From a virus (Duplodnaviria > Caudoviricetes), in the IMG/VR virus record IMGVR_UViG_3300017913_002030, positions 1 through 64,000 of that record: a DNA stretch of 64,000 nucleotides; one strand, written 5' to 3'. Below, one piece after another: positions 21,394 through 32,319 of this stretch (its first letter is position 1; each line of letters opens with the position of its first letter). Made by a program: the position numbers and the translations under genes. The notes under the pieces were generated by a model. The model was given only the letters and a program-made list of their open reading frames with translations, searched no databases and was not told the origin of the DNA.

Positions 21394-24300
21394 TTATAAT
21401 AAACCTAATTTTACTCGAAGTGCAGATCCATCATAGATCTTAATACCATCGTCTGTGATTTCTGTTCTTGCGCCTGTTTGCCCGACACCAACGTTTAGGT
21501 TTCCTGTTACTTGTGTATTAGTTAATGTTACTGTATTTCCTGATACAGCAAATGGTGTCTTGGTTCCACCTGTAGTCTTGATCTTAAAGTCGTCTGACTG
21601 AACAATGAATGAGTTTCTGTCAGTACCGTTGACAATATTGAATCCAGTGAACGTACCATTATTGTCTAGACCGACTGTGTATTCTTGTTCGATCGTTGAT
21701 AATCCACCTTCAACGTTAGTGACGCGTTGTGACAATGTATTGGTCGCAGTCGCAACCTTTCCATCTACTTCACTCTCTAGAACGTAACCAGCATTCTGAA
21801 TAGTAGAGATGCTACCTTCCGTCGCATCAATTCTTCCTGATAACGTATTTGTTGTAGATATCGTCGCGTAAGTATTGCCTAAGTCTAACTCGGACTCAAA
21901 TGTTGTTATCTCAGAATTAACGATCGTTGTGATTTCTGCATCGGTACGAATTTCGCCACGCAACTCTGACTTAGCACTGTTAACTGCACTAGTCAATTGA
22001 CTACCCGTAACTCTATCTAAGTTCTGGTCGAATGTGGTGATCTTGGCATCTACTAGACTATTGATTTCACCGTCAGTGCGTATCTCAGAACGTAACTCAT
22101 CTTTGGCATCACTTACTAAGGTCGCAGCGACCCCAGCAGTCTCGTAATTAAGACTATTTGAGAACTCCTCAATTTTCGTATTGATGATCGCAGTTGCTTC
22201 AGAGTCATTTAATAGTTCACCACGAAGCTCAGATTTAACCGAGTTTGTTGCTGATGTTAACTGGGAAGCAGTAACTCTATCAAGGTTCTGATCAAACGTT
22301 GTGATCTTGGCATCTACTAGAGTATTGATCTCGCCATCTGTTCTGATCTCTGATCTTAGTTCATCTTTGGCATCACTAACCAGTGTGGCTGCAACACCAG
22401 CAGTCTCGTAATTAAGACTATTCGAGAACTCCTCAATCTTCGTGTTAATAATAGCAGTTGCTTCGGAATCATTTAGCAATTCACCACGGAGTTCAGACTT
22501 AACTGAGTTTGTGGCAGAAGTTAACTGGGCGGCAGTAACTCGATCTAGATTCTGATCAAACGCTGTGACCTTAGTATCAATAAGACTATTGATCTCACCA
22601 TCGGTTCTAATCTCAGATCGTAATTCGTCCTTCGCGTCACTAACCAAAGTTGCTGCAACGCCTGCAGTCTCATAATTAAGACTATTCGAGAACTCATCAA
22701 TCTTTGTGTTTATGATTGCAGTTGCTTCAGAGTCATTTAATAGTTCGCCTCGCAACTCGGACTTAACTGAGTTTGTGGCAGAAGTTAACTCGGCCGATGT
22801 AACCCTATCTAAGCTCTGGTCGAATGCTGTGACCTTAGTATCAATTAAAGAATTAATTTCACCGTCAGTGCGTATCTCTGACCTTAGTTCATCTTTAGCA
22901 TCACTAACCAAAGTTGCAGCGACCCCAGCAGTTTCATAATTGAGGCTGTTGGAGAACTCATCGATCTTTGTGTTGATGATTGCTGTCGCCTCAGAGTCAT
23001 TTAATAATTCACCACGGAGTTCAGACTTAACTGAGTTTGTTGCGCTGGTCAACTCACTCGCTGTAACTCGATCTAGAGATTGATCAAACGTTGTGATCTT
23101 AGTGTCAATAAGACTATTGATCTCACCATCGGTTCTAATCTCTGATCTTAACTCTTCTTTGGCGTCACTAACTAAAGTTGCGGCAACACCAGCAGTTTCA
23201 TAATTGAGGTCGCCAGAGAACTCTGTAATCTTGGCATTAATTAGTGCGGTTGTTTCAGAGTCATCTAGCAGTTCGGCTCTCATTTCATCTTTGGCACTAT
23301 TAACTGCTGTTGTTAACTCACCCGCTGTAACTCGATCAAGACTCTGATCGAACGATGTGATCTTAGTATCGATAAGCGCATTGACTTCGGAATCAGTACG
23401 TATCTCTGATCTTAACTCATCCTTAGCATCACTAACTAAAGTTGCTGCAACGCCTGCAGTCTCATAATTAAGACTATTCGAGAACTCTGTAATCTTTGTA
23501 TTAACAATGGTTGTCGCTTCGTCTGAATTAAGAAGTTCACCCCTCAACTCATCTCTAACTGAGTTTGTTGCGCTGGTTAACTCACCTGCTGTAACCCGAT
23601 CAAGACTCTGGTCGAACGTCGTTATCTTAGTATCGATAAGACTATTGATCTCGCCATCTGTTCTGATCTCTGATCGAAGTTCTTCTTTTGCATCGCTCAC
23701 TAATGTCGCGGCAACACCGGCAGTCTCGTAGTTAAGATCGCCAGAGAATTCGGTGATCTTTGCGTTAATCAGCGCTGTTGTCTCCGAGTCATCCAATAAC
23801 TCAGATCTCATTTCATCTTTGGCACTATTAACTGCTGTTGTTAATTGTGCTGCAGTAACTCGATCTAGAGATTGATCAAACGTTGTGATCTTTGTATCGA
23901 TAAGGGCGTTTACTTCGGAGTCTGTTCTAATTTCAGATCGCAGTTCTTCTTTAGCGTCACTAACTAATGTCGCAGCGACACCAGCAGTTTCATAGTTAAG
24001 CGTGCCGGAGAATTCTGTAATCTTAGTATTAACAATCGTAGTTGCTTCGCCAGAATCTAATAGCTCTGAACGTAATGCATCTGACGCAGAGTTTACCGCA
24101 CTCGTGATATCTGAATCTGTAACTAAATCTAGAGATTGATTAAATGTCGTAATCTTACTGTCGATTAGAGCATTGACTTCGGAGTCTGTTCGAATTTCAG
24201 ATCGAAGTTCGTCTTTGGCATCACTGACCAAAGTTGCAGCGACCCCAGCAGTTTCATAATTGAGGGTCCCAGAAAATTCTGTGATCTTAGTGTTAACAAT

Positions 24301-26772
24301 CGTAGTTGCTTCATCTGAATTTAGCAGTTCTGCCCTTAATTCATCTTTAGCACTATTGATCGCATTTGTGATGCCCGATTCAGAAACAGTGCCTAAAGAT
24401 TGATCAAACTCAGTAATTTTAACATCAATCAATGCATTGACTTCTGAATCAGTCCTTATCTCAGATCTTAACTCATCTTTCGCATCGCTTACTAATGTCG
24501 CAGCAACACCTTGCTGTTCATAAGTGAGTGTTCCTGAAAACTCAGTGATCTTAGTGTTGACTATTGTGGTTGCTTCGGCGGAATCAATTAACTGGGCAAG
24601 TAACTCATCTCTAACGGAGTTTGTTGCGCTTGTGATATCTGAATCTGTGATAAGATCTAGTGACTGATCGAATGCTGTGATTTTACTGTCGATTAGAGCA
24701 TTGACTTCTGAGTCTGTTCGAATCTCAGAACGTAACTCATCTTTAGCATCACTTACTAGCGTAGCGGCAACCCCTGCTGTTTCGTAATTAAGCGTTCCTG
24801 AGAATTCTGTAATCTTTGTATTAACGATAGTTGTTGCTTCGTCTGAATTCAATAACTCAGATCGTAGTGTATCTGAAGCACTATTAACGGCAGATGTTAT
24901 GTCCGAATCTGTAACTAAATCTAATGACTGATTAAATGCTGTGATCTTAGTATCAATCAGTGCATTAACTTCTGAATCCGTACGTATCTCAGAACGTAAC
25001 TCATCTTTAGCATCACTAACCAATGTTGCGGCAACGCCAGCAGTTTCATAGTTAAGTGTGCCAGAGAATTCAGTAATCTTTGTGTTGACTATTGTGGTTG
25101 CTTCATCTGAATTAAGAAGTTCGGATCGCAGTGTGTCTGACGCAGAGTTTACTGCGTTTGTAATATCGGAGTCTGTAACTAGATTCAATGACTGATCGAA
25201 TGCAGTGATCTTAGTGTCAATAAGTGCGTTTATCTGACCATCTGTTCTAATCTCAGATCGCAACTCATCCTTCGCATCACTTACTAAAGTGGCTGCGACA
25301 CCAGCAGTCTCGTAATTCAGAGTACCTGAGAATTCAGTGATTTTAGTATTTACAATTGTAGTAATATCTGAATCAGATCGAATCTCTGCACGTAATGCAT
25401 CTTCAACGCTGTTTGTTGCTGTGATTAAAGTCGCAGAGTCAACCTTATTTGTTAGATCTTGTTCTACTGTAGTGATGCGTCCACCGAGAGAGTATATTTC
25501 ATCGCTGTTTTGACCAACCAAAGAATACAGTTCGTCAGTAGTGGTAGAAAGAATCGCAACTACTAAATCAGAATCAATACCTTCTTGTAATGCCGCGTCT
25601 AGTTCTTGAACTCTAGACGAAATAACTTGTAAGTCACTATCGGTCGAAATGATTTGCGCCGACATGCTATCAAGTGCGGATGCGTTAGCCTGAATACCTG
25701 CACGTAAATCACTATCGTTGATCAGATCAAGATCAACTCTCAATTCTGTTACGTCTGACGATAGTAATGCTAATGCCGCACTATCTTGATCGATGCGAGT
25801 AACCAGATCATTTCGCGCAACTGTCTCTGCGTCAATACGTGCACCTAAATCTGAATCTACTTGATTGAGTGTTGTTGTCAGATCGGTGACAGACTGCGAG
25901 ACGATAGAAAGCGAATCGCTATCTTGATCGATTCTTGCTAATAAGTCGTTACGCGCAGCCGCTTCGGCGGATAATTGACTTGCAGTGTCCGATTCAAGTG
26001 CATTTAAATTGGCAGTTAGATCCGTAACTGATTGTGTTACAATAGATAATCCCGATTCGTTTGCCTGAGCAAGTGTTGTCAATGCTTGTATTGCTTGGGC
26101 ATTTGCCGATATAACGGCACCATTATCTAGAATATCTTGTAATAGATCACTATCAACACCTTCTAGAGACGATGTTAGATTGGTAACTGATTCTGTAAGT
26201 GATACAAGCTCGCCATCAGACGAATCGACTCGCAGAATTAAAGCACTTAGGGCGGCTGCTTCGGCGTCAATACGGCCGTTTAAATCATTATTGACAACAG
26301 ATAGAGCGGAGACATCAACATAGTTTCTTGAGTTAATCTCTTGTATCGATAGAGAAAGTGCTGAAATATCTGAATCTACATAGGCGGCGATATCAGATGA
26401 ATCCAACAACTGTAGTGCATCGATTACTGCCTGAGTAATATATCCTTGAGATGTGACAAAGTCAGAATCGACACCGCCTAATCCATCCAAGAAATTAGAA
26501 TCAACATAACCATCAATAATTGCTCGAATCTCTGAAGAATCTAAACCCGCATTCTCAAAGTCAGTAATAGACTTTACGAAATCTGAATCGATTATCTCAA
26601 GTAATAGGCTCTCAATAAAATCAGAGTCAATTGCATCTCCGTCAGAGTCTCCTGTAATGACAAGATTATATAACTCTTCGAAGTTTTCATTGATCTTCTG
26701 TCCGGCGCTTCGTAGAGTATCACCTGTGCCGTCATTCGCACCAGCGCCGATATTTAATTTTTGTTGAGTCAT
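21394..26772 (-). CDS. 1,792-aa fibre: T4 gp9/gp10-type N-terminus, ~13 x 88-aa helical repeats, DUF1983 (J-like) C-terminus
   Basis: N-term LNIGAGANDGTGDTLRSAGQKINENF; repeat NYETAGVAATLVSDAKDELRSEIRTD; C-term GLDNNG.FTGF...SFIVQSDDF...TPFAVSG...RVKLGLL. Confidence 0.8.
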   Translation of the reverse strand: MTQQKLNIGAGANDGTGDTLRSAGQKINENFEELYNLVITGDSDGDAIDSDFIESLLLEIIDSDFVKSITDFENAGLDSSEIRAIIDGYVDSNFLDGLGGVDSDFVTSQGYITQAVIDALQLLDSSDIAAYVDSDISALSLSIQEINSRNYVDVSALSVVNNDLNGRIDAEAAALSALILRVDSSDGELVSLTESVTNLTSSLEGVDSDLLQDILDNGAVISANAQAIQALTTLAQANESGLSIVTQSVTDLTANLNALESDTASQLSAEAAARNDLLARIDQDSDSLSIVSQSVTDLTTTLNQVDSDLGARIDAETVARNDLVTRIDQDSAALALLSSDVTELRVDLDLINDSDLRAGIQANASALDSMSAQIISTDSDLQVISSRVQELDAALQEGIDSDLVVAILSTTTDELYSLVGQNSDEIYSLGGRITTVEQDLTNKVDSATLITATNSVEDALRAEIRSDSDITTIVNTKITEFSGTLNYETAGVAATLVSDAKDELRSEIRTDGQINALIDTKITAFDQSLNLVTDSDITNAVNSASDTLRSELLNSDEATTIVNTKITEFSGTLNYETAGVAATLVSDAKDELRSEIRTDSEVNALIDTKITAFNQSLDLVTDSDITSAVNSASDTLRSELLNSDEATTIVNTKITEFSGTLNYETAGVAATLVSDAKDELRSEIRTDSEVNALIDSKITAFDQSLDLITDSDITSATNSVRDELLAQLIDSAEATTIVNTKITEFSGTLTYEQQGVAATLVSDAKDELRSEIRTDSEVNALIDVKITEFDQSLGTVSESGITNAINSAKDELRAELLNSDEATTIVNTKITEFSGTLNYETAGVAATLVSDAKDELRSEIRTDSEVNALIDSKITTFNQSLDLVTDSDITSAVNSASDALRSELLDSGEATTIVNTKITEFSGTLNYETAGVAATLVSDAKEELRSEIRTDSEVNALIDTKITTFDQSLDRVTAAQLTTAVNSAKDEMRSELLDDSETTALINAKITEFSGDLNYETAGVAATLVSDAKEELRSEIRTDGEINSLIDTKITTFDQSLDRVTAGELTSATNSVRDELRGELLNSDEATTIVNTKITEFSNSLNYETAGVAATLVSDAKDELRSEIRTDSEVNALIDTKITSFDQSLDRVTAGELTTAVNSAKDEMRAELLDDSETTALINAKITEFSGDLNYETAGVAATLVSDAKEELRSEIRTDGEINSLIDTKITTFDQSLDRVTASELTSATNSVKSELRGELLNDSEATAIINTKIDEFSNSLNYETAGVAATLVSDAKDELRSEIRTDGEINSLIDTKVTAFDQSLDRVTSAELTSATNSVKSELRGELLNDSEATAIINTKIDEFSNSLNYETAGVAATLVSDAKDELRSEIRTDGEINSLIDTKVTAFDQNLDRVTAAQLTSATNSVKSELRGELLNDSEATAIINTKIEEFSNSLNYETAGVAATLVSDAKDELRSEIRTDGEINTLVDAKITTFDQNLDRVTASQLTSATNSVKSELRGELLNDSEATAIINTKIEEFSNSLNYETAGVAATLVSDAKDELRSEIRTDGEINSLVDAKITTFDQNLDRVTGSQLTSAVNSAKSELRGEIRTDAEITTIVNSEITTFESELDLGNTYATISTTNTLSGRIDATEGSISTIQNAGYVLESEVDGKVATATNTLSQRVTNVEGGLSTIEQEYTVGLDNNGTFTGFNIVNGTDRNSFIVQSDDFKIKTTGGTKTPFAVSGNTVTLTNTQVTGNLNVGVGQTGARTEITDDGIKIYDGSALRVKLGLL
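21960..25380 (-). repeat. ~264-bp tandem coding repeat (88 aa = ~46 + ~42 aa sub-repeats)
   Basis: About 13 copies of (N/T)YE(T/Q)(A/Q)GVAATLVSDAK counted in the translation. Confidence 0.9.
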
Positions 26773-26786
26773 TGATATGCCCTAAC

Positions 26787-27917
26787 TTATTCTGTTGTTG
26801 GATCTGCGACGATTAATCTATCCATATTTGATGGATGCCATGACTTATCTGAAACATAAGGAAAACTATCAATTGTATTAGGATCATTTAAATCAGAAAT
26901 TCTGAAATTATACCCATATAACTTTTGATCGTATATCTTTCCGTTGTGTTCTAAATTCACGTATGCTGGGCGAGCAGACCACCCAGTAGGATCTTGATAA
27001 TCCCAAATCTCTGATTTAATACCATCGGTAACAATAATCATATCATCACCCACACTCAGCATTGGTCGCCATCTGTCAGACGAACTCGTGATTGATTTAT
27101 GGTGTCTAAATGTTTCAGGTTTTGTATCTGGAGCTCCATGATCTAAATTAAATATGACGTCATTGCCCTGACCATAGAACTGAGATCCTTCTTCATATTG
27201 ATCAAATGTTTTTGTTGAGCCATCGCCCACGAATACAAGAAGTTCTTCCATTGTATATTCAATAAATGCTGTACCTGCAGTAACGCCAGCCTGAATCATA
27301 TCATCAACATCGATAACGTACACCGCAGGTTCAAATCTATCTACACCAGAGCCCGAGTCAATGTCGCTTGCCCAAACGCAAGTGGCAATCTTCTTTTTAT
27401 TACCTGCAGTAAACAATTGAGGATATCGAACTCTATCACCATTGTCATCGCGACCATCAGCAGATAACCTGCAGACGAAAGACCAATCGACCATATCATA
27501 ATCTGTGTCGTTGTATGTAAATGTATACTTTAAAGAATTTAAGTTCTGTAAATCAACAACTCCATAAGCAGGAATACGTGTAGAACCTTCTCGAATATTA
27601 TTCGTTCGCATTACCAGCCATCGATTATCGTGTATGAAAAATTCACCAGAGCTCTGACCACGATCACCATAATACGCATCACCACCTGACAGCCCGTTGA
27701 ACTTACCATCGGACTGTGTATTAGGCTTAACGTAGATAATCTCGACAAGCTTTAAATTTGCGTCATAGATTGCGAATTTAGATGCCCAATTGTGTCCTGC
27801 CGAAACTAATGCGTCGTTATCAAAATACCCATCATAACCATATGAAACAATGACATAGTCTTTTGACGTGGCAATGTCATTTGCAAAACTTACCTGTGCG
27901 TATTGTCCTGTAGGCAT
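26787..27917 (-). CDS. Hypothetical virion-region protein (possibly beta-propeller-like)
   Basis: 376-aa ORF rich in aromatic residues, Asp and Gly, co-oriented in the late operon. Confidence 0.6.
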   Translation of the reverse strand: MPTGQYAQVSFANDIATSKDYVIVSYGYDGYFDNDALVSAGHNWASKFAIYDANLKLVEIIYVKPNTQSDGKFNGLSGGDAYYGDRGQSSGEFFIHDNRWLVMRTNNIREGSTRIPAYGVVDLQNLNSLKYTFTYNDTDYDMVDWSFVCRLSADGRDDNGDRVRYPQLFTAGNKKKIATCVWASDIDSGSGVDRFEPAVYVIDVDDMIQAGVTAGTAFIEYTMEELLVFVGDGSTKTFDQYEEGSQFYGQGNDVIFNLDHGAPDTKPETFRHHKSITSSSDRWRPMLSVGDDMIIVTDGIKSEIWDYQDPTGWSARPAYVNLEHNGKIYDQKLYGYNFRISDLNDPNTIDSFPYVSDKSWHPSNMDRLIVADPTTE

Positions 27918-27919
27918 TT

Positions 27920-28903
27920 TTATTCTCCATCCCTAATTATGGCATAGTATTTAGAATCATTTGCGTAAGATCCTACTTCTGAACCTCTTGTATATGATCT
28001 CTGATCTGTGAGCCCTAGTACGGTTATAGGAATTGTAGACCCAATTGGAATTGACAGACTTCTAACTATTTCATTATTCCATACAAGCAATACAGACACG
28101 ACTCCTGCATCTGCGTCTACGTATTCAGACCACTCATATCTAGGCTCTGCACCAGACCAATGTTCTTGATCATCAGGTAAATCTTCATAAGTAATTACTT
28201 CTACATCAGTGCGGAAAGAACCGACCGATAGGCGTTCAGGCGCTAACAGAAGATTTGCCGTTAGAGTTCTTTTATTGCCGATATACATCCCTTGAATCAA
28301 ACCATCCCAAGGGCCCGGATTATAAAATCCCTCTGACTTCAAAAGGTCATTCAATTCAGTGTGATTCATCTGATAAACATTCAGATCTCGAACTCTTTGA
28401 ATGTTTTCCCAAGAGTACACATAGAGAGCACCATACTGCCCATTTGTTTGCTCGACAGGAGAGGATATTAATAAAAACTTATCTGTGTATTCAATTGTCT
28501 GACCAAATTCTCTTTTTATGAATCTATATGTACTACTTCCGAAGTTAACATCACCTGTCGCAAGTGCAGTTTCAAATACTTTGGGATTAGTGATTACTAA
28601 GTTTTCTGAGAATGAATCATCTCCTGCTGTATCAAACGAAAGAGTGTCGCCAGAAATAAGAGTTCGTGCATCTAAAAGTGAATTAGGCGTAGGTATTGGC
28701 TGAGGTGGGTCGACATCATCAACTACAGTGCCATCAGAATCTGGCTCAGGTTCTGGATCTGGGTCCGGACTTATGATTGTACCATCAGGTTGTCTGACAA
28801 AGTAAAGAGTATTCGCATCTTTAGACGCTAATGCCTCGTGTTCTGTCTGACTACCAATCCATATTAAGATAGTCTCGCCTGAGTTTTGATTTATAATACT
28901 CAT
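27920..28903 (-). CDS. Hypothetical structural protein with N-terminal WxGxxxE..AL..D..TLYF motif and Pro-rich linker
   Basis: IWIGSQTEHEALASKDANTLYFV, then PDPDPEPEPD. Confidence 0.7.
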   Translation of the reverse strand: MSIINQNSGETILIWIGSQTEHEALASKDANTLYFVRQPDGTIISPDPDPEPEPDSDGTVVDDVDPPQPIPTPNSLLDARTLISGDTLSFDTAGDDSFSENLVITNPKVFETALATGDVNFGSSTYRFIKREFGQTIEYTDKFLLISSPVEQTNGQYGALYVYSWENIQRVRDLNVYQMNHTELNDLLKSEGFYNPGPWDGLIQGMYIGNKRTLTANLLLAPERLSVGSFRTDVEVITYEDLPDDQEHWSGAEPRYEWSEYVDADAGVVSVLLVWNNEIVRSLSIPIGSTIPITVLGLTDQRSYTRGSEVGSYANDSKYYAIIRDGE

Positions 28904-28904
28904 T

Positions 28905-29996
28905 TTAATTTCCTACGATTACGTTATCGTCGCCTATATTAATTTCTATTATATCTGAATTACCAAAAAAGACATCGTATGTTGATTCAGTAATTTCTTT
29001 CTGTTCTATTACATCTGGTTGCGGTAATGGTTGATATCTATATTCTGTACGAAACAATTCGACCATTTCCATGTCAACTGTTTTTTCGCTAAAGTCTGCG
29101 TCTAGTGTCTCAAAATCATCATTTACGTATACATCTACATCACTCAATAGAATAGAGCCCACTGCTTGCCAGTCCGCCAATGTGCCGTAGATTTCTAAGA
29201 TACGATTAAGAGACATTGTATTGTAATGTTTTAGTTTTCCTTCTGAACTCAGAATAAACGTCTGATCTACTAAATCAGTCTCTCTCATCGTCATCAAAGA
29301 GAACTGAGACGTGACCGACGCGTGAGTCTCTTCTTCTAAAAACACATATGGCGTCTCTAAAGGATCTGTTCCTTCTCCTTGAGACTCGATGCTACCCACA
29401 CCTTTAGTCGCAACTTCTGACGCTAGGTAAAAGCCCGCAGGATGTACAAATTTCTTATAGAGAGCATCATAGTCAATAGAAGACAAACCTGTTTTCAAAA
29501 GAACTGAAAAGATTTGAAATCTTCGATCATCTGTGATAAACTTAACCGATTCAGGACCGATTAATGAGTTGCCCGGTTTATCATTCAGATAGAATATGTT
29601 ATTTTTTGGATAAAGAACCTCAACGTCTTCGTTGAAGAACATCTTGAAGAATTGTTCTGCTGAGTTTTGAGTACCTTTCTTTCTATAGAAGTTTGCAAGA
29701 AGTCTTGCAGAAAGTTTTGCACGTTCTTCTTGACCTTCTTCTGGAAATATTGTAGTATCTACACCATTACCTATCTCTCTTAAAAGATAGTTTAGTGCGT
29801 CTAGTTCTATCGACGTTATCTCTCGAATATCAAACAGTTCTTTAATCTTTGCCTCATACGAAATCGTATCATCTTCTTTCGTATATGCATAATATCTCTC
29901 AAGGAATTTGACCAAGAGAGGATAATCAGACACAAAGAATTCAGGCAGTAACTCTTCTACCTGACTAGTATACAGATTGAGATTCGATCTACTCAT
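28905..29996 (-). CDS. gp7: Baseplate wedge initiator gp7-like (short form)
   Basis: LPEFFVSDYPLLVKFLERYY, FYRKKGT...FFKMFFNEDVEVLYPK and VHPAGF motifs; follows gp6. Confidence 0.7.
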   Translation of the reverse strand: MSRSNLNLYTSQVEELLPEFFVSDYPLLVKFLERYYAYTKEDDTISYEAKIKELFDIREITSIELDALNYLLREIGNGVDTTIFPEEGQEERAKLSARLLANFYRKKGTQNSAEQFFKMFFNEDVEVLYPKNNIFYLNDKPGNSLIGPESVKFITDDRRFQIFSVLLKTGLSSIDYDALYKKFVHPAGFYLASEVATKGVGSIESQGEGTDPLETPYVFLEEETHASVTSQFSLMTMRETDLVDQTFILSSEGKLKHYNTMSLNRILEIYGTLADWQAVGSILLSDVDVYVNDDFETLDADFSEKTVDMEMVELFRTEYRYQPLPQPDVIEQKEITESTYDVFFGNSDIIEINIGDDNVIVGN

Positions 29997-31831
29997 TACA
30001 ATAGAACCTTAGTTCCGTCTGCTTCGACATTGACCAATACGATAGAATCTGAATCAAGTTCAAACAGGTAGTTTCTTAGTGGTTTGATCGTGCTCTGATT
30101 TGCAGGCATAACATTTACTTTAACTGTAGATCCGCTAGATCGATCAAATGGAAAGCCTTTAAAGTTGACAGTTCCTTGTGCAGGGTTGTAATCACCTATG
30201 TTTGCGACCAAGACATTACCCACAGCGTCAACGATCTGTAGTGTATACGAGCCTAACTTATTTCTAACTAATGCAGTTTTGTTAAAGTACTTGAACGCCG
30301 AAGTAGAGACAACATAATCATCATTGTCTGGTGTCGCCATCAAGAACGGGAAGTTAACACTCACATCTCGCTCGATGACTTCTGGCGATTCTCTTAGATT
30401 AATCGCATTGTATTGATCTACTTCATCGAACAACGCATCCACATTAATCTCTCTTTGAGCCATTACACTCATCTTAGAGTTTAGAATTGCCGGACTATAA
30501 TCATCTACTTTAGCAAGTAAATTAGATCTACGGAACGTAGAATTGAATGTAGACATATTCTCTCGAAAATGTCTTGAGATAAGATCGCGTATCTGTTGGC
30601 GATAAGACTCAGAGCTTGTGGTTGCGAGAGTTGCGTCTAAATTGAATGATGTAACTAATTTCAATTTCACAACTTCAGGATCAACAAATTCTGTATCAAT
30701 TGACATGATAGATCTGTAGTCAGTCAGATTTTCTTTGATCAGTTTCTTAATTTCATTCTTGACTGAATCTGTATACCCATCTAGGAAGTTGATTGAAACA
30801 AAGACAGAACCGAACTTTGGTGGAACGTTATCATTACCACCCCAAGATGTTACATCTTTTAGATATTGCCCGTACAGACTTTTAATTGTCGATGTATAGT
30901 CTTCTGCTGTAACCAGTCGCTGTTGAGTCGCAAATGCGCGTGGTGCGTTAACTTTAATCTCTTCGACTGATTCTTTTTCTGATCCGCCAGATGCTGGTGA
31001 TACAGTTACGACTCTCTTATCATATCCATCAAACGCATCTACTGCGAACTTGGCAGCGCCATTCGCATCTGCGCCAGACGTTGCAATGTAACTTACTTGA
31101 ATAACATTACCTGCAGAAGGGCGAATCCCCAGCAACTCACCGTCGCCGAAATACATTTCATACTCACCAGCCGGAGTTTCTCTCAACATATAGACACGAG
31201 AATCGTTTGTGATTGCAGGAGCAGTCAGAATGTTTTTATAACGTATTGATACATTCGACGTGGAGTTTTCATATACGTCAACGATCATTGTTGTTGTATC
31301 GATATCACTGTCAGGAATAACAAAGACAGTTTCGATATCAGCATCAGCAAAGAATGTCTTTGTACGCTCTTTACCTTCGTAGACATCGACGCCAGAAAAA
31401 ACAAACTCATCGTCACTATTTCTACTTGCAACATACTCTTGATTCGTGTAAAATACAAATGCCGCGTCATCTACAGAGGCAGGGAATCGTGTACGAGCTG
31501 GGATGAGTTCTTCGTTAGATGAACCTAGAGGATCTGATACTACAATATCGACTGTTGCCGTTGCAGATGATTTTGATCTAGGTGTGTAACCTAAAGACTC
31601 TGCGTGACCTAACACAGAGGATCTTAACTGAGATGTAGATAGGAATGATTCATTGATAGCCATATTTGCGATCAATGCATTTACGTGTGTGTTGTATGCT
31701 AACACGTCCAAGATGCTTGACAAACCACTTGCGTCAAAATCATAATCTTTAAACTCCGAAGAGTTTTTAAAATAAGTCTTTAACTTACTTTTAATATTAA
31801 CAAAATCTAGATCACTTGTATTGACCGTCAT
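29996..31831 (-). CDS. gp6: Baseplate wedge subunit gp6
   Basis: LDFVNIKSKLKTYF...DYDFDASGLSSILDVLAYNTH; QQRLVTAEDY. Confidence 0.92.
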   Translation of the reverse strand: MTVNTSDLDFVNIKSKLKTYFKNSSEFKDYDFDASGLSSILDVLAYNTHVNALIANMAINESFLSTSQLRSSVLGHAESLGYTPRSKSSATATVDIVVSDPLGSSNEELIPARTRFPASVDDAAFVFYTNQEYVASRNSDDEFVFSGVDVYEGKERTKTFFADADIETVFVIPDSDIDTTTMIVDVYENSTSNVSIRYKNILTAPAITNDSRVYMLRETPAGEYEMYFGDGELLGIRPSAGNVIQVSYIATSGADANGAAKFAVDAFDGYDKRVVTVSPASGGSEKESVEEIKVNAPRAFATQQRLVTAEDYTSTIKSLYGQYLKDVTSWGGNDNVPPKFGSVFVSINFLDGYTDSVKNEIKKLIKENLTDYRSIMSIDTEFVDPEVVKLKLVTSFNLDATLATTSSESYRQQIRDLISRHFRENMSTFNSTFRRSNLLAKVDDYSPAILNSKMSVMAQREINVDALFDEVDQYNAINLRESPEVIERDVSVNFPFLMATPDNDDYVVSTSAFKYFNKTALVRNKLGSYTLQIVDAVGNVLVANIGDYNPAQGTVNFKGFPFDRSSGSTVKVNVMPANQSTIKPLRNYLFELDSDSIVLVNVEADGTKVLL

Positions 31832-32275
31832 TTATCTCACCCTTGATATTGCCAGTTCCATTGTTACGACTTCACGTGTGTTCACAACTCTGAAGATAAT
31901 AGTAATAGATACTGAATTGTAGTCTGGTTTAACCTTGCAACGTACCTGTTTTAATATTGCTCTAGGTTCGAATAATCTTATTTGAGTCTTTATGGCCTCT
32001 TCGACATCGTAAGAATCTATCTCTGTGTCCAGTTTAAACAAAAATGATTCTAAGTCACCGCCATAGGCTGGTTTAAACGGAACTGATCCCTTCTTGGTCA
32101 ACAATAGATTCTTAATAGCTTGACGAACTGCTTGAGCCTCTGTCTTTTTATAGACATCGTTCGTATATGTATTTCTTTCGAATGCACAATCTATATCAGA
32201 ATTCGTGCGCTTGACCGAAGTGATCAAGGGCGCTTTACCTAGATTACCATCCTGTATCGAAAATGCCTTGGCCAT
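31832..32275 (-). CDS. gp25: Baseplate wedge subunit gp25
   Basis: AVRQAIKNLLLT.KG.VPF.P.YG; IRLFEPR. Confidence 0.9.
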   Translation of the reverse strand: MAKAFSIQDGNLGKAPLITSVKRTNSDIDCAFERNTYTNDVYKKTEAQAVRQAIKNLLLTKKGSVPFKPAYGGDLESFLFKLDTEIDSYDVEEAIKTQIRLFEPRAILKQVRCKVKPDYNSVSITIIFRVVNTREVVTMELAISRVR

Positions 32276-32296
32276 ACCATGAAACTCTTTTCTTTG

Positions 32297-32304
32297 TATT
32301 TATA
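32297..32304 (-). promoter_or_regulatory. T4-type late promoter TATAAATA
   Basis: tatttata just upstream of gp25. Confidence 0.75.
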
Positions 32305-32319
32305 CGTGTATCGGTATAT

